From: Laetmonice hystrix
Taxonomy: Eukaryota
DNA length: 64,000 nt
Direction of reading: 5' to 3'
Assembly (NCBI GenBank): GCA_965235115.1
Contig: OZ249453.1
Coordinates: forward strand, 6,200,001-6,264,000
Below are positions 48,898 to 60,574 of this stretch, one piece after another; the first letter of the stretch is position 1; each line of letters starts with the position of its first letter. Below the pieces are notes generated by a model, which saw only the letters and a list, made by a program, of their open reading frames with translations, ran no database searches and was not told where the DNA came from. The position numbers and the translations under genes are program-made.

Positions 48898-49557
48898 TTC
48901 AGTAGACACTCCCCACCGCTAGATGTCATTCTCTGCTAGCCGGTGGGGCTGTGGGTGGGGCACCGGGGGGAAACACATGACCCAATTATTGTCAAGGCCA
49001 GGGGACCTGACTGGAATCCTGCCTAGGTTGATTGGTCGACCAAAAGATAAGTTGATTGGTCGGTTGGGAGACAATTTGATTGGTCCACACAGAGCAGACA
49101 TTGCAGTCCTAGACTCCCAGCGATGTCCACCCCCACCCCACCCTGAGAGGCAGACCTTTTTCCACAACCACCAGTTGGTTTTATATGTGTGAACACTAAT
49201 GGATCCATCACTTAGCGAAGAATCAAACGCTGTCCCTGACTTAGACTGGGTAGGTCAGAAACCCAGGCACCACCTAACTCCCATCCGGACCCCACCACCT
49301 AACTACCATCTGATCCCACCACCTAACTCCCATCTGGATCCTACCAACCTCCCTCCGGAATCTCTGCCCGACTCCTGCCGCCTGACCAGTACGAACGGCA
49401 AGTGACAAAAGGAGAAAAACAAATGCTGGTCGTGTTTGTCATCCAGACTGGTTGTCCATAAAGATAGACACAGAAAACCGCTCGGGCCTGATGTTTCTCT
49501 GGCTGAGTTGTTTACCGATCCGCACGGTAGCAGGGAGTGGACTCTTAGCTGTGGGCA

Positions 49558-49953
49558 GTCAATGGTAGGTGTTGCGTGAATACAAGATGAGTCAATGGTA
49601 GGTGTTGAGTGAATACAAGATGAGTCAATGGTAGGTGTTGAGTGAATACAAGATGAGTCAATGGTAGGTGTTGAGTGAATACAAGATGAGTCAATGGTAG
49701 GTGTTGAGTGAATACAAGATGAGTCAATGGTAGGTGTTGAGTGAATACAAGATGAGTCAATGGTAGGTGTTGAGTGAATACAAGATGAGTCAATGGTAGG
49801 TGTTGAGTGAATACAAGATGAGTCAATGGTAGGTGTTGAGTGAATACAAGATGAGTCAATGGTAGGTGTTGAGTGAATACAAGATGAGTCAATGGTAGGT
49901 GTTGAGTGAATACAAGATGAGTCAATGGTAGGTGTTGAGTGAATACAAGATGA
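49558..49953. repeat. 33-bp near-perfect minisatellite x12
   Basis: gtcaatggtaggtgttgagtgaatacaagatga; produces the 11-aa periodic minus-strand ORFs. Confidence 0.95.
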
Positions 49954-50952
49954 AGGCGGTAAATCCACACCGTCCAAACAGCTTGGAGATGTTAAAACGT
50001 GTTCCTATTGTTAGTTCACTATGTTAAACGTAATAATACGTGATCAGGTGTTTGCAGCAAGTGTATTTGGATTGTGAGGGACTCAGAGTTAAAGAGGCAC
50101 CGCTGTGGTTGCCTAGAGGACTGTGATTATCTTTTCTCTTGAAGGCCGACGGGGTTCAGAGAGACTGAGATTATGTTGGTGAGGGTCTGAACCTTGGCTC
50201 GTGCCAGGTCTAACAGCGACCGCTTCATGTCCAACACGTGTGTGGGGGACACCAGTGCTGCCACCTATCTGTACCCCTTGGGGTGATTACCAGGGGTTGT
50301 CCAGGTGGTCGGTAGGGTCACCACCTGACACGTACCCCAGCAGGAGGACCTAGTTCCTCTCATTCTCCTCCAGGGGGTGGGGGTGTTTATACTCTGTTAT
50401 CGCCCCATCCCCAGCCGGTCTCCGACCGTCCTCACCCCCAACACAGCCGTGCGCTTACCTGGAGATTACTTTCGTTTGACCCACAAATTGAACTAATTCA
50501 CTCCCCTGGCGGCGGTAATGCGCACCATTACGGCCTCGTTGTCAGAACGAGGCCCGGTGAAGTCGTCAGGTGTCTTTAAGGAGCCGGAGCCGAGGCCGGG
50601 CAGGCTTAGGGCTTCCCGGCCGAGGGGGAGGAGGATAGGGGGGGGGGGGCTTTAACCGTGAGCCTGGTGGTGTTTAGGTGGGCATGGTACCGGCCGGTTA
50701 TTGAATCAGTCGAGCCTTCCTTAAAGACGCCCAGGTGGAGATGGCGGGAGAGGTGAGACGCCAATCAGGGGGTAGAATCGAGGGTTTGGGGGGTTGATAA
50801 AGGGGTACCGACGGGTTCTATCTATACCGGGATGTTCAAGGAGACCTTTGTCATTTAGTGTGAAGAGAGAGCCCTTTACTTCTTGTAGTCAGAAGAAAAG
50901 TATTTTTAAAAGTTAACTTCTCCCTATTGCTGTAGGATAGTAGGATTATGTT

Positions 50953-51250
50953 ATGGTGGAGCGAAATGCTACATAATGAAAATATGTGAAATGCTACATA
51001 ATGCACAGGATACATAGTGGAGCGAAATGCTACATAATGACAATATATATTGAAATGCTACATAATGGCAGGATACATAGTGGAGCGAAATGCTACATAA
51101 TGAAAATATGTGAAATGCTACATAATGCACAGGATACATAGTGCAGCGAAATGCTACATAACGAAAAGATATAATGAAATGCTACATAATTGCAGGATAC
51201 ATAGTGGAGCGAAGTGCTACATAATGAAAAGATACAGTGACACAGGATAC
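50953..51250. repeat. ~61-bp tandem repeat x~5, internally dimeric
   Basis: atagtggagcgaaatgctacataatgaaaatatgtgaaatgctacataatgcacaggatac. Confidence 0.85.
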
Positions 51251-52989
51251 GAAGTGCTGTTGTACATGATGGTTTGATTGTGTGTGTGGCTCGGTGACCA
51301 AGTATGTCCGAGCACCAACCAACCGTGTTAACACGACGTTTTCAAACACTGAATGGAGATTGCGTAGTCATGCGGAAACAACAGTGATTTAAGAAATATG
51401 TGGGCATGCTAGGAGTGGTACTGCACCCCTCCCCGCCCTCCTCTCGGAAAACTACATCATAAAGTCTTTGTCTCCTCGGGAGCACTTACCTGTCCATAGA
51501 CACAGAACCAGGGAGGGGGAAGGGGGTAAATATTGTCGACTCTGTCAGATGGAAAATGTCTAACAGAAACCGACAAAGAAACAATAGTTTGTGCGGCCTG
51601 TCGGACCATGTAACGTGGTCAGAATGCTTGAGCCAATCTATTCTCATTCCAGCCTCCTCTGTGTTTCTCCACCCCACAAAGGGGTAAGAATGAGAGGGTC
51701 ATTACACGGGGTACTAGAGAGGGGTAAAATCGAGTCCCAGGTGAACAGGCTCATTGAGGGGGTAAATATATATGTGGGAGACAAATGCCAGCAGTACATG
51801 TTCCACATGGATGATAGGTGACGCTGTGGTCATAAATTGCATGTCTTAGAGTTTTCTTACAAAATGTCTTTGTTAAAATATTCAATTTCTTCAAAAAGGC
51901 GAGAATTCGTTTAGATTGCCATATTTTTTCTCAGAGAGGGTAATGCCGACTGTGACTGTACCCCTATACACCCCAGCCACAATAACGGGGTGTATATAGT
52001 GGTGATAGGGGTAAAGAGCATAACCCCTATATTTACCCCTTAATGAGGTCACGGGTGGGGGGGGGGTGAGAAGGAGCACCCCAGGTTACCTTCCCATTGT
52101 ACTTGATGAGACTCCCAAAGGTCAAGTAAGGGCACATCCATGGCGGTTTCTGTGTCTTATCACCCCACCCCTTTTTTAGGAGGGGAGGGGGGTGGAGATT
52201 AGGGCCAGTGTTGTGAGAGAACCTAGGGCAGGAGTCGTGTATTAGAACGGGGAGATTCTCAGAAATCCTAGGCTGAGAGAAAACTGGTGTGAATAGATTT
52301 AAGTGTGCAGCTCACGATTTGTGGTAAGGCTAGGAGTGGGTGTGTGAGACATGCAGCATAGGAATGGGTCTGGACGGGATTAAATAACGTGAAGGGATCG
52401 ATAAGTCGGTCGGTGTATGGGGGAGGGGGTGGGGAAGGAGGGTGAGGTGGTGGTGGTGGTGGCGGTGTTGGGGGGTGGGTGAGGTGGTGGTGGTGGGGGG
52501 GGGGGGGGTGAGCAGGGTGACCCCCCCCTCGCTGCCCATCTCCTGGCTACTGATTCCTAGAACAGAGCCGACGAAATCAGTGCCTGTATGGAGACGGCTG
52601 TACCGACAACTCTCTACCTGGAAAACATGCCGAAACCTTTGAATAACGACCGCACAATCTATATTTAACCAGGGAACCTTCACCTTTACTTATGTAATTA
52701 CCTCCTTTCGGGTTCTAAAGTCTCTTGTACAGCCAGACCAACAATTCTTCACTTAGATTACATGAATTTATCAGTTGTACTCTGACGAGCTGTTGTGTCA
52801 GGACAGTGACATGAGATTTTGTCTCGGAGTAAAGTGACATTGTCATTTTCTCAGCAGAGTGACACGTCATTATCAGTGAGGGCGTTTGTCAGAACAACCG
52901 TGACACTCTGCCCTGTCAGAACGGTGGGTCAGGTTTGGAGACGGAGCAGGAGGGGCAGTTGTGATGAAAGTTATGGAAATTGTCACAAG

Positions 52990-53490
52990 GAGAGTGGGCG
53001 GGGTGGTCGTGAGGAGAGTGGTGGGGGTGGTCGTGAGGAGAGTGGTCGTGGGGAGAGTCGCGGGGGTGGTCGTGAGGAGAGTGGTCGTGGGGAGAGTCGC
53101 GGGGGTGGTCGTGAGGACAGTGGTGGGGGTGGTCGTGGGGAGAGTGGTCGTGGGGAGAGTGGTGGGGGTGGTCGTGGGGAGAGTGGTGGGGGTGGTCGTG
53201 AGGAGAGTGGTCGTGGGGAGAGTCGCGGGGTGGTCGTGAGGAGAGTGGTGGGGGTGGTCGTGAGGACAGTGGTGGGGGTGGTCGTGGGGAGAGTGGTGGG
53301 GGTGGTCGTGGGGAGAGTGGTCGTGGGGAGAGTGGTGGGGGTGGTCGTGGGGAGAGTGGTGGGGGTGGTCGTGAGGAGAGTGGTCGTGGGGAGAGTCGTG
53401 GGGGTGGTCGTGAGGAGAGTCGTGGGGGTGGTCGTGAGGAGAGTGGTTGTGGTGGTCGTTAGGACAGTCGTGGGGGTGGTCGTGGGGAGA
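52990..53490. repeat. G-rich 12/15-bp compound minisatellite
   Basis: gtggtcgtgaggaga / gtggtcgtggggaga / gtggtgggg units; explains the His-Asp-Pro, Thr-rich and Val-Gly ORFs. Confidence 0.9.
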
Positions 53491-56400
53491 ATCATGGCAT
53501 GGCCACAGACAGGTTGAGAACCTATACCCTGTGTACGGCCCGACTCGCTCAAACAGGCCACCAATAATGGTTGACGACTTAAGGGGATTACAGCAAGGAC
53601 CCACGGCCCGCCGTGTAGGACGCCGTCAGCGCCGCCTGGTGATTGGATTATTGGACAAACCGTTCAGACGCCCAGGTTTTTTTTAAAACCCGTCGCGTCT
53701 CAAGTCGTTGTGACTGTAGGTGATGGTGGCAGACGCTAGCACCAGGTGGCGCTCGGGTCGGCAGGGTACGACCTTAGGAATGATACAAAATGGCCGCCAA
53801 AGGGAGTTTCCGGCATGTTTTTAAAAATCCGCTTTGAAGACGTTTTGCGCCTCAAGATGAAAGGATTTGTTTTAGGTTTTGTACCAGGGACATGGCCAGA
53901 ATCCTCGTGCATATGTCTGTAGCTTGCTGAGAAAATCTAATTGGTCTGTAGATTTGTAAACTGGACCTGGGTCCACCTACCCGAGGTGTGAGCACAGCAA
54001 CGTTTTCAAATGGGATGGGAAACAATGGATTTGTGCGAATGAGAGGGGGTTCCCCCACCAACACGTGATCATGATCTGTAATGGTGGTGGTGGTGGTGGT
54101 GTGGTGGTGGTGGGGGGGGGGGGAGGGGGCTGACAGGAGCAAGGATTGATCAGGTATCAATATGCGACCCCCCCCTCCTCCTGCCCGCCAGCCTCGCCCA
54201 GTGGTGCCCAACCCACGGCCACCCGCCCCGTCATGCTGTTTTGTATGCCGCGCATGCTCGTTAGACAGGTGGCGCTTCGATCGTAGCAGCGTCCCTTTGA
54301 GGTCCATTGAATTAATAACAACCTGTCGCTTTGATAACTGGAGCCTCGCATGGCCTGGAGGAAATCCGCCGTCCAGGGCGGGCCGGTGTGGCTCCAGGAG
54401 GCAAGGTCACCCAGTTACAGACCAGCTCAAAAGATGAGGTGCCTCCCCACAGGAGGGAAAGGACCCGACGGGCTGTGCCAGGGGGCGCTGGAGGGAAGAA
54501 CACTGGAGAGACTCGGGGGGGGGGGGGTCTAGTCATCAGAGGGAGGGTGAGGACCTTGCCCCCTTTTTTTGAATTTATTTATATTTATTTATAATTTTTA
54601 CTCTATTCATAAACCGTTCAGTGTGAATCCATCTCAGATTTGACTACCAGACCGGTGTGAATGTTTGTAGTTAAATGAATGAACTAATTAACGATAAGAT
54701 CATTTGACAGCTACATGTAATTACTGGATCTCTTTGAAGATCTTATTTTTTTACTGAATCATCTATAAAATATTTCCATGACAACATTTTGATTTGTGAG
54801 AAACATGTGTCCTAAGTTCTAGCAATGATCTAACACTGACTCGATGACTGAGAGAGTACGGGGTTGATACAAAAGCCAGTTTCTCAGTTTTGGGGTATCT
54901 GCTCACTGATGAAGCACAGGAGGAATTGCTAGATCCCTTTACTGATATCTCTGTGAATCGTCCAGCGCGTCGTATCCACAGTCCGTGTGCCAGTATCTAA
55001 GAGGTCAGCGCAGTTGAGGGTAACTAAAAAATAGTTAAATAAATTAATAAAGAAAAGAGAAGAACTGAACTTAGAGGCGATCGAAGATCTGGCGCCTGGA
55101 CAACACACGATAACACATTGAGAGCCAACTAGTTTGGGTCTAGGCAGCATGAGGGACAGATCAATAATCCTTGACCTGAAATTTGGTGGAAATGCTGCCA
55201 TGAAGGTCTGCCCAGGTGGGCAGGCGGTCGGCAGGTGGTCTGCGCCGTCCGCTCGCGACACGGCGCCCAGAACGGTCGCCACATAACGGTCGCCATCATG
55301 GTGATTGTCTTTTAGTGCCTCAATCAAAAGTGGTCGTCTGCCGGACGGCGCAGGCGCGATGGGGCCATCAGCGCCGGGTCCACAGCCTCAGTCTGAGTGG
55401 CCATCCCATCATGCACCAGCTGACGGCCTTTACGATTGGCCGATGATAGTGAGGCGATCGGGGTAGTAATGGGCGCCATTTGCTGTGAAAGGCGTCCGGC
55501 CGGACCTCCACGGCAATCTTTGCAGCCAGTCGGAGACGGTGCCACCTGACGGCCAACCTGGGAACTAGAGACCCCCCGGTGTGCAGTGACCAATCCGCTG
55601 CTGGCCTGAATGGTCAACAGTCAGGTGAAAATAAGAAGATTCTTATTCAGCCATGATTCCTGGCACAATCACAGCCATTTGGAATTCTGTCCGGGTTCAG
55701 AATATGTACGATGACAGGGACTGCTGACTGAAGGCCTTCCCCCTTCTTGTAAATTATGTATTTCAGATTTCACAGAGCCCGGGGACTTTAAAGCGTCGAT
55801 TCTGAAGTATGTCTCCAAGGAACCCTTTCTATCTTTGATAAATCTATAATATAATTTTATCCAGGGAAGGAGAACGAGGGAGGCCGTTATCTGTGGAGAG
55901 AATGACGTATTTCAATTTTCCCGGCAGCCTCTCTGTGGCGCCCTCTATAGCGAGCGCCCCCTGGGGACACCAGCACGTACTAAAAAGAAAACGTTTGTAT
56001 CAAACCCGCGTTTCATCCTCAGAACCTCTCCAACCTTTCAGAGGGACGGAAACAGATGGTTGCCATGGTGACGAGTGATGTTTTCAGGGTTTCTACATGT
56101 ATCTGTACCTTCAACCCCCCCTCCATGTCCCCTCCTGTCTGTGTAGAGAGATGGGTTGTCAGGACAACTAGTCCTTTGTTCTGATCCTCCCGGATCTGGA
56201 GACAAGACTATTTTATAATGACTACCTTCATCTCGGTCCCTCGGTCCATGTAAGGAGATATAAGTAGCTAGGCGTTGATGAGCAGTCTCCTCACTCTGTT
56301 AATAATTTATGGATGAATAGATCGTATACGTCTTAAATCAATGTATATTTTAATGGCAGTTGAAAGTAACGCCGTCTTTTTTTCCGGATACGCGAGTATG

Positions 56401-59400
56401 GCAATGATAATGGCAATTGTCATCGCGATTCTCGTCAGACTCAAAATGGCTGGATCATTAAATTGGATTTATTCATGTGTTAATGACAACTCATACGTTA
56501 GCTTTGTGCGCATGGCGGACTTTGTAAGCGGAGGTTGCCTCCTCTATAATCTGCAGTATGCTAATGCAGAGCGCATCGCAAATAGTAAAATCATGTTAAG
56601 TTGCTCTTGATGGAGTGCCAATCTGCAGAGGCAGACAGAAGGGATCCACCAAAAATATGCATGTATAAATTATTACCAGATTTAAAAAGATCATTTAGAG
56701 CTGCAGCGCTGTTTTGTTTTATGAGTACAAAGGCTCGTCATAGCTCCGCGGTCGGAATCGCTGTAATCATAGAGCGACAGTAGTTCAGGGTCTTTGATTT
56801 CAAGCGGGATGCCGCTCCTGTGGGAGGATTATCTGTAGGGAGCGGACTAATCCATTAGTTTTCACAACATATTGGTAACTGTAAGTCTTACATCAAAGCA
56901 ACATTTTAAGCATAAAACGGGACGCTAATTCCTAGTTTGGTAGCGGTGTTATCACAATTTGAATTTCGCCCCCAAGGGAAGGTAGGGACTTGGCCGTTTT
57001 AGAGGGAATTGCAGGCTTGGCTGCGCTGGTTCGGGTGGCGGGCGGCTTAGTGGTGGAACTGGTTGAGGATAAGTGCATCAATTAATGAGGTTTGAAGTGG
57101 GTAGTTGATGGGCCATCAGAATTATTACATTCATTCCGCTACAGTCTGTACCTGATGTTGTATTCATGTAAGCAGTATAAAAAGGAGCGTAATATTCGCT
57201 GAACATGAAACTATCGCATAATAGAGCTCTTAGTATGCGTGTGTGGGGGCTGACCGGACTGCCTGCTCCACTAGTGGCTCCACTATGGAGCAGGATGGAT
57301 TGGTGGATGTGGGTGGATGAGGAATGGAGGGGTCCATGTGATGGGATCGCTGGGAGAAGAGGATGAAGAGAGTGAGGGATGGGAAGGGTGATGGCCTTTT
57401 GTTGTTGAGACTTTATCCCCAGGCTCAGACCTCACTCGCCGGCACTGGCTTGTCTTCAGGACTCGGGCGGCGATCACAGACCTCCGGACAATGGAGTGGC
57501 CTGGCCGGGAGGGTTGACAACCGAGGGCTGTGGTCAAGGGAGCAGTTTGTCAGGGAGGCCGTCGGCAGGTTTAAGACAAGGCGAGGGGTGGCCGCTTCAG
57601 ATTGGCAATGATGCCAGCTCGATCGATTTTTACCGGCTAGGATCAGAATGGCAAGTCGACAACCCGTTATCACGTCACGACAAATGGTTCTTATGGATGA
57701 CACTAGGAGGCGCTGAGGGTCAGGGGGGTTACGGATGCCATGTCTCAGTGTCCGGCTAGATTGGGGTATTTCACTGGATATCATGGCCAGGAGCCTGGGG
57801 ACTTGGAAGTAAAAAGAACATGTAGATCCATTAGGCTAGGATCAAATGGTTGTAACATTTCTATGAAGTCGTCCTCAGTCAGAATTTAGGCCTATTTCAG
57901 TCAGCAGGCGACTTGGACCGACTGAGAAATCTTCAGACTTTAGTGATCACGTCTTTGTCATGAACACTGTGGATGGATGAGGAACCCGGATGTTTGAGGG
58001 AAAAATCAGCTCTTCAAACATAGCCACGTATTAAATTGTCAGTGCTGCCAGTAGGCTCGAATCGAAGTGGGATGTGGCAATATTTATAGCTCGGTGAAAC
58101 TGGCAACATAGGGAACTGGCAGTGTGTTGGAAATGGGGGAATTTAAATCTCATTTAATTAGGTCCGGCATGCAGGTGGCCCTGCTCAAAACATGCCTTTA
58201 ACTTGTCGCCATGTTCAGCCGTAGTTTGCTAAGTGTCAAACGTGTCGTCAAAGTATATTTCTGTTTTATAATGTGCTATGATTCAGACGTCATTCATTAC
58301 ATTCTACAACGAGGCTTTTTGTGACGTAGCGTGACGCGGCATGACGTTACGTTTGACGGGCCGTCATTCCCGTCAGAAAGTGTAGCCTAAACTCGTCCAT
58401 TATTCATGGACGTCGCTCGAGCGACTAGGCGGTTTGCGCAGCCGCTCAAAGACTATGGTAATCGTTGTTCTTGGGTCGTCTGTGATGTGAGAGTTTTATA
58501 ATGTGAGCCTGAGGCCGACGTTTGTCTGGCATGGCAGGATGTGAACGTTGTGATCCTGTGTCCACCCTTTACTGTGGGTATGGCCGTAGAATCGCCATTT
58601 GGCACGGTGGCTGCATTAGTTAAAGGTAGCGTTAGAAGGGCCTAAAATTATAGTTCTGGGTTCTGTGGTTGATTAGACTTATAGGTTTAACGGTCGACAA
58701 CAATGGACTATTGTAGTCGATCGTATCAAACTGAAGGTACAGGAGTGGTACACAAATGCGAAACGTTAGGCTATATTTTTAATAAAAGTTGTGTACATTC
58801 AGAACATAGAGTCGTCGGTTATATTGTAAATGTCATGGAGTCGGAGACGCCTAATATAAACGTCAAACTGAAAGCGACTAGACAATGATGTGGTACCCAG
58901 GTACTGGAGATTTGTCGTCCTGTCTTTGTGTATGTGTCAGGAGGGGAGAATTCCCCACGGCAGACGGAGAAGGGGGGGGGGGGGGTTCCTGCGACACAAA
59001 GTAGTCGTATGGAGTTCGTGTCTTAAACCACTGAGACCAGACAGAGCTTTAGGGGCGGTTTTGACTGACGAGAACTGCGACTCATATCCAGGTTTAACTC
59101 CAGTGTTGAGAGCTCTCTCAGTCTCAGGTCTCACACACGGGAGAAATCCTCCTTTCAAGCCGCCTGTGTTCCCAGCCCGAGGCTTGAGGAACAGGGGGAT
59201 TACGGGAACGAGGCTGCCAGTACCCATCATGCCTCTATTTGTCACGTGTTCACGGTATCGTGCATGCGTGCTGGGACCAGGGAGCTGGGGGCCGTGGAAC
59301 TGACTGCCCGCGGCCGATAGCGCAGCAACCACCGGCACAGCAACCACCGGCAGCGCAAGGACACCTCAAGGAGGGCGGGTAGAATGAAAGCTACTCGTAT

Positions 59401-60574
59401 ACCGAGGGGGAGCTGGGAGGTGGGGATCGGGAGGGAGGGAGTAGAGGACAGCCGTGATCGAGGACGGTCAGGATCAGGGAGACACGAACTCGGCTGACCA
59501 GGAGAACTCATCCTGCACGGTTCTCATAGAACTACCGCGGTGATATCACAACCATGTGAAGAAAAACTAAAATGACAATCCATGCGATTCCCTCCGCCCC
59601 CTTTGTCTGTACCGGTTAAGATCTTTTCGGATCGAAATGTGGGTCTCTGTGAGTTGACATGGGACCGAAGGCGGTCAGTGGATGGTTGGGGTACGAGTAG
59701 CGAACCTGTCTTGATCATAATTGGTGGTGGGGCGGGTCCCCCTGGAGTGGGTACAAACACACGGCATGGCCACCGTGCAAGGGGTGGGGGCCGCTCCCCC
59801 TGGGGGGCAGGAGAGCGGAGTATTTACACATGAAACAGGAAATGTGAGCACAGCCGACCGGGCGGTTTCTGTATGATATCGATTTGTTGAGTCGGTGTTG
59901 GCATGAAAACGGCCCGCTGAGAAACTGTTAACGGACACACGTAACAATATAGGAGGCCCTGCTCGAGATAGGCTTTGTACTGGAGGGCCGGGGGGGGGGG
60001 GTCTCCAGTGGGGTACTTGGAGGTAGGTTTGTGGGAGGGAAGGGGGAGAGGGGTACCGCTGGCGGGTGTATTTTGGTGCTGGTACCTAAAGTCGACACAA
60101 GGGGGCGCTCCTGATCCAGTTTGGGTATATCAGGTCGTCAGGTCACCCTGGTCAAGGTCACCTTAGGTCAAGGTCATCCTTAGTTCAAGGTCATCCTTAT
60201 TTCAACGTGTTGGTTCACCATTACCCGCAGGAGATAGACGTAGTCAGATGTAATTGTCCAAATTATATTTTAAATTACCTTTAAACTTCATCGCAAGCTG
60301 TGTTTTAATATCGGCCCCACCGCTGGCGAGGATCGACCCCGACACAGTGTTAGATTATCGTATCGAAAACAAAAGGATGTAATTAATTTACTGTTAATTG
60401 GCGGCGGTTTGGGTGGGTTGATGTGGTGAGGTGGCGGGGAGGGGGGAGGTGGTCTCAGTGCTGTGGTCAGTCCGCGACAGCAGGCCCATCAGATTGAGTT
60501 TATCTCGGGAATCGTTGATTGGATTAATTAGTGGTTAATGTGGGTCTGGAGGGGGCGGCACGGCCCGGGGGCGA

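Noticed and set aside
49303-49977. 224-aa and 141-aa minus-strand ORFs
   Set aside because: Translations of the 33-bp repeat.
52819-53604. His/Pro/Asp-rich, Thr-rich (mucin-like) and Val/Gly ORFs
   Set aside because: Open in several frames on both strands of a simple minisatellite, with no supporting splice sites.
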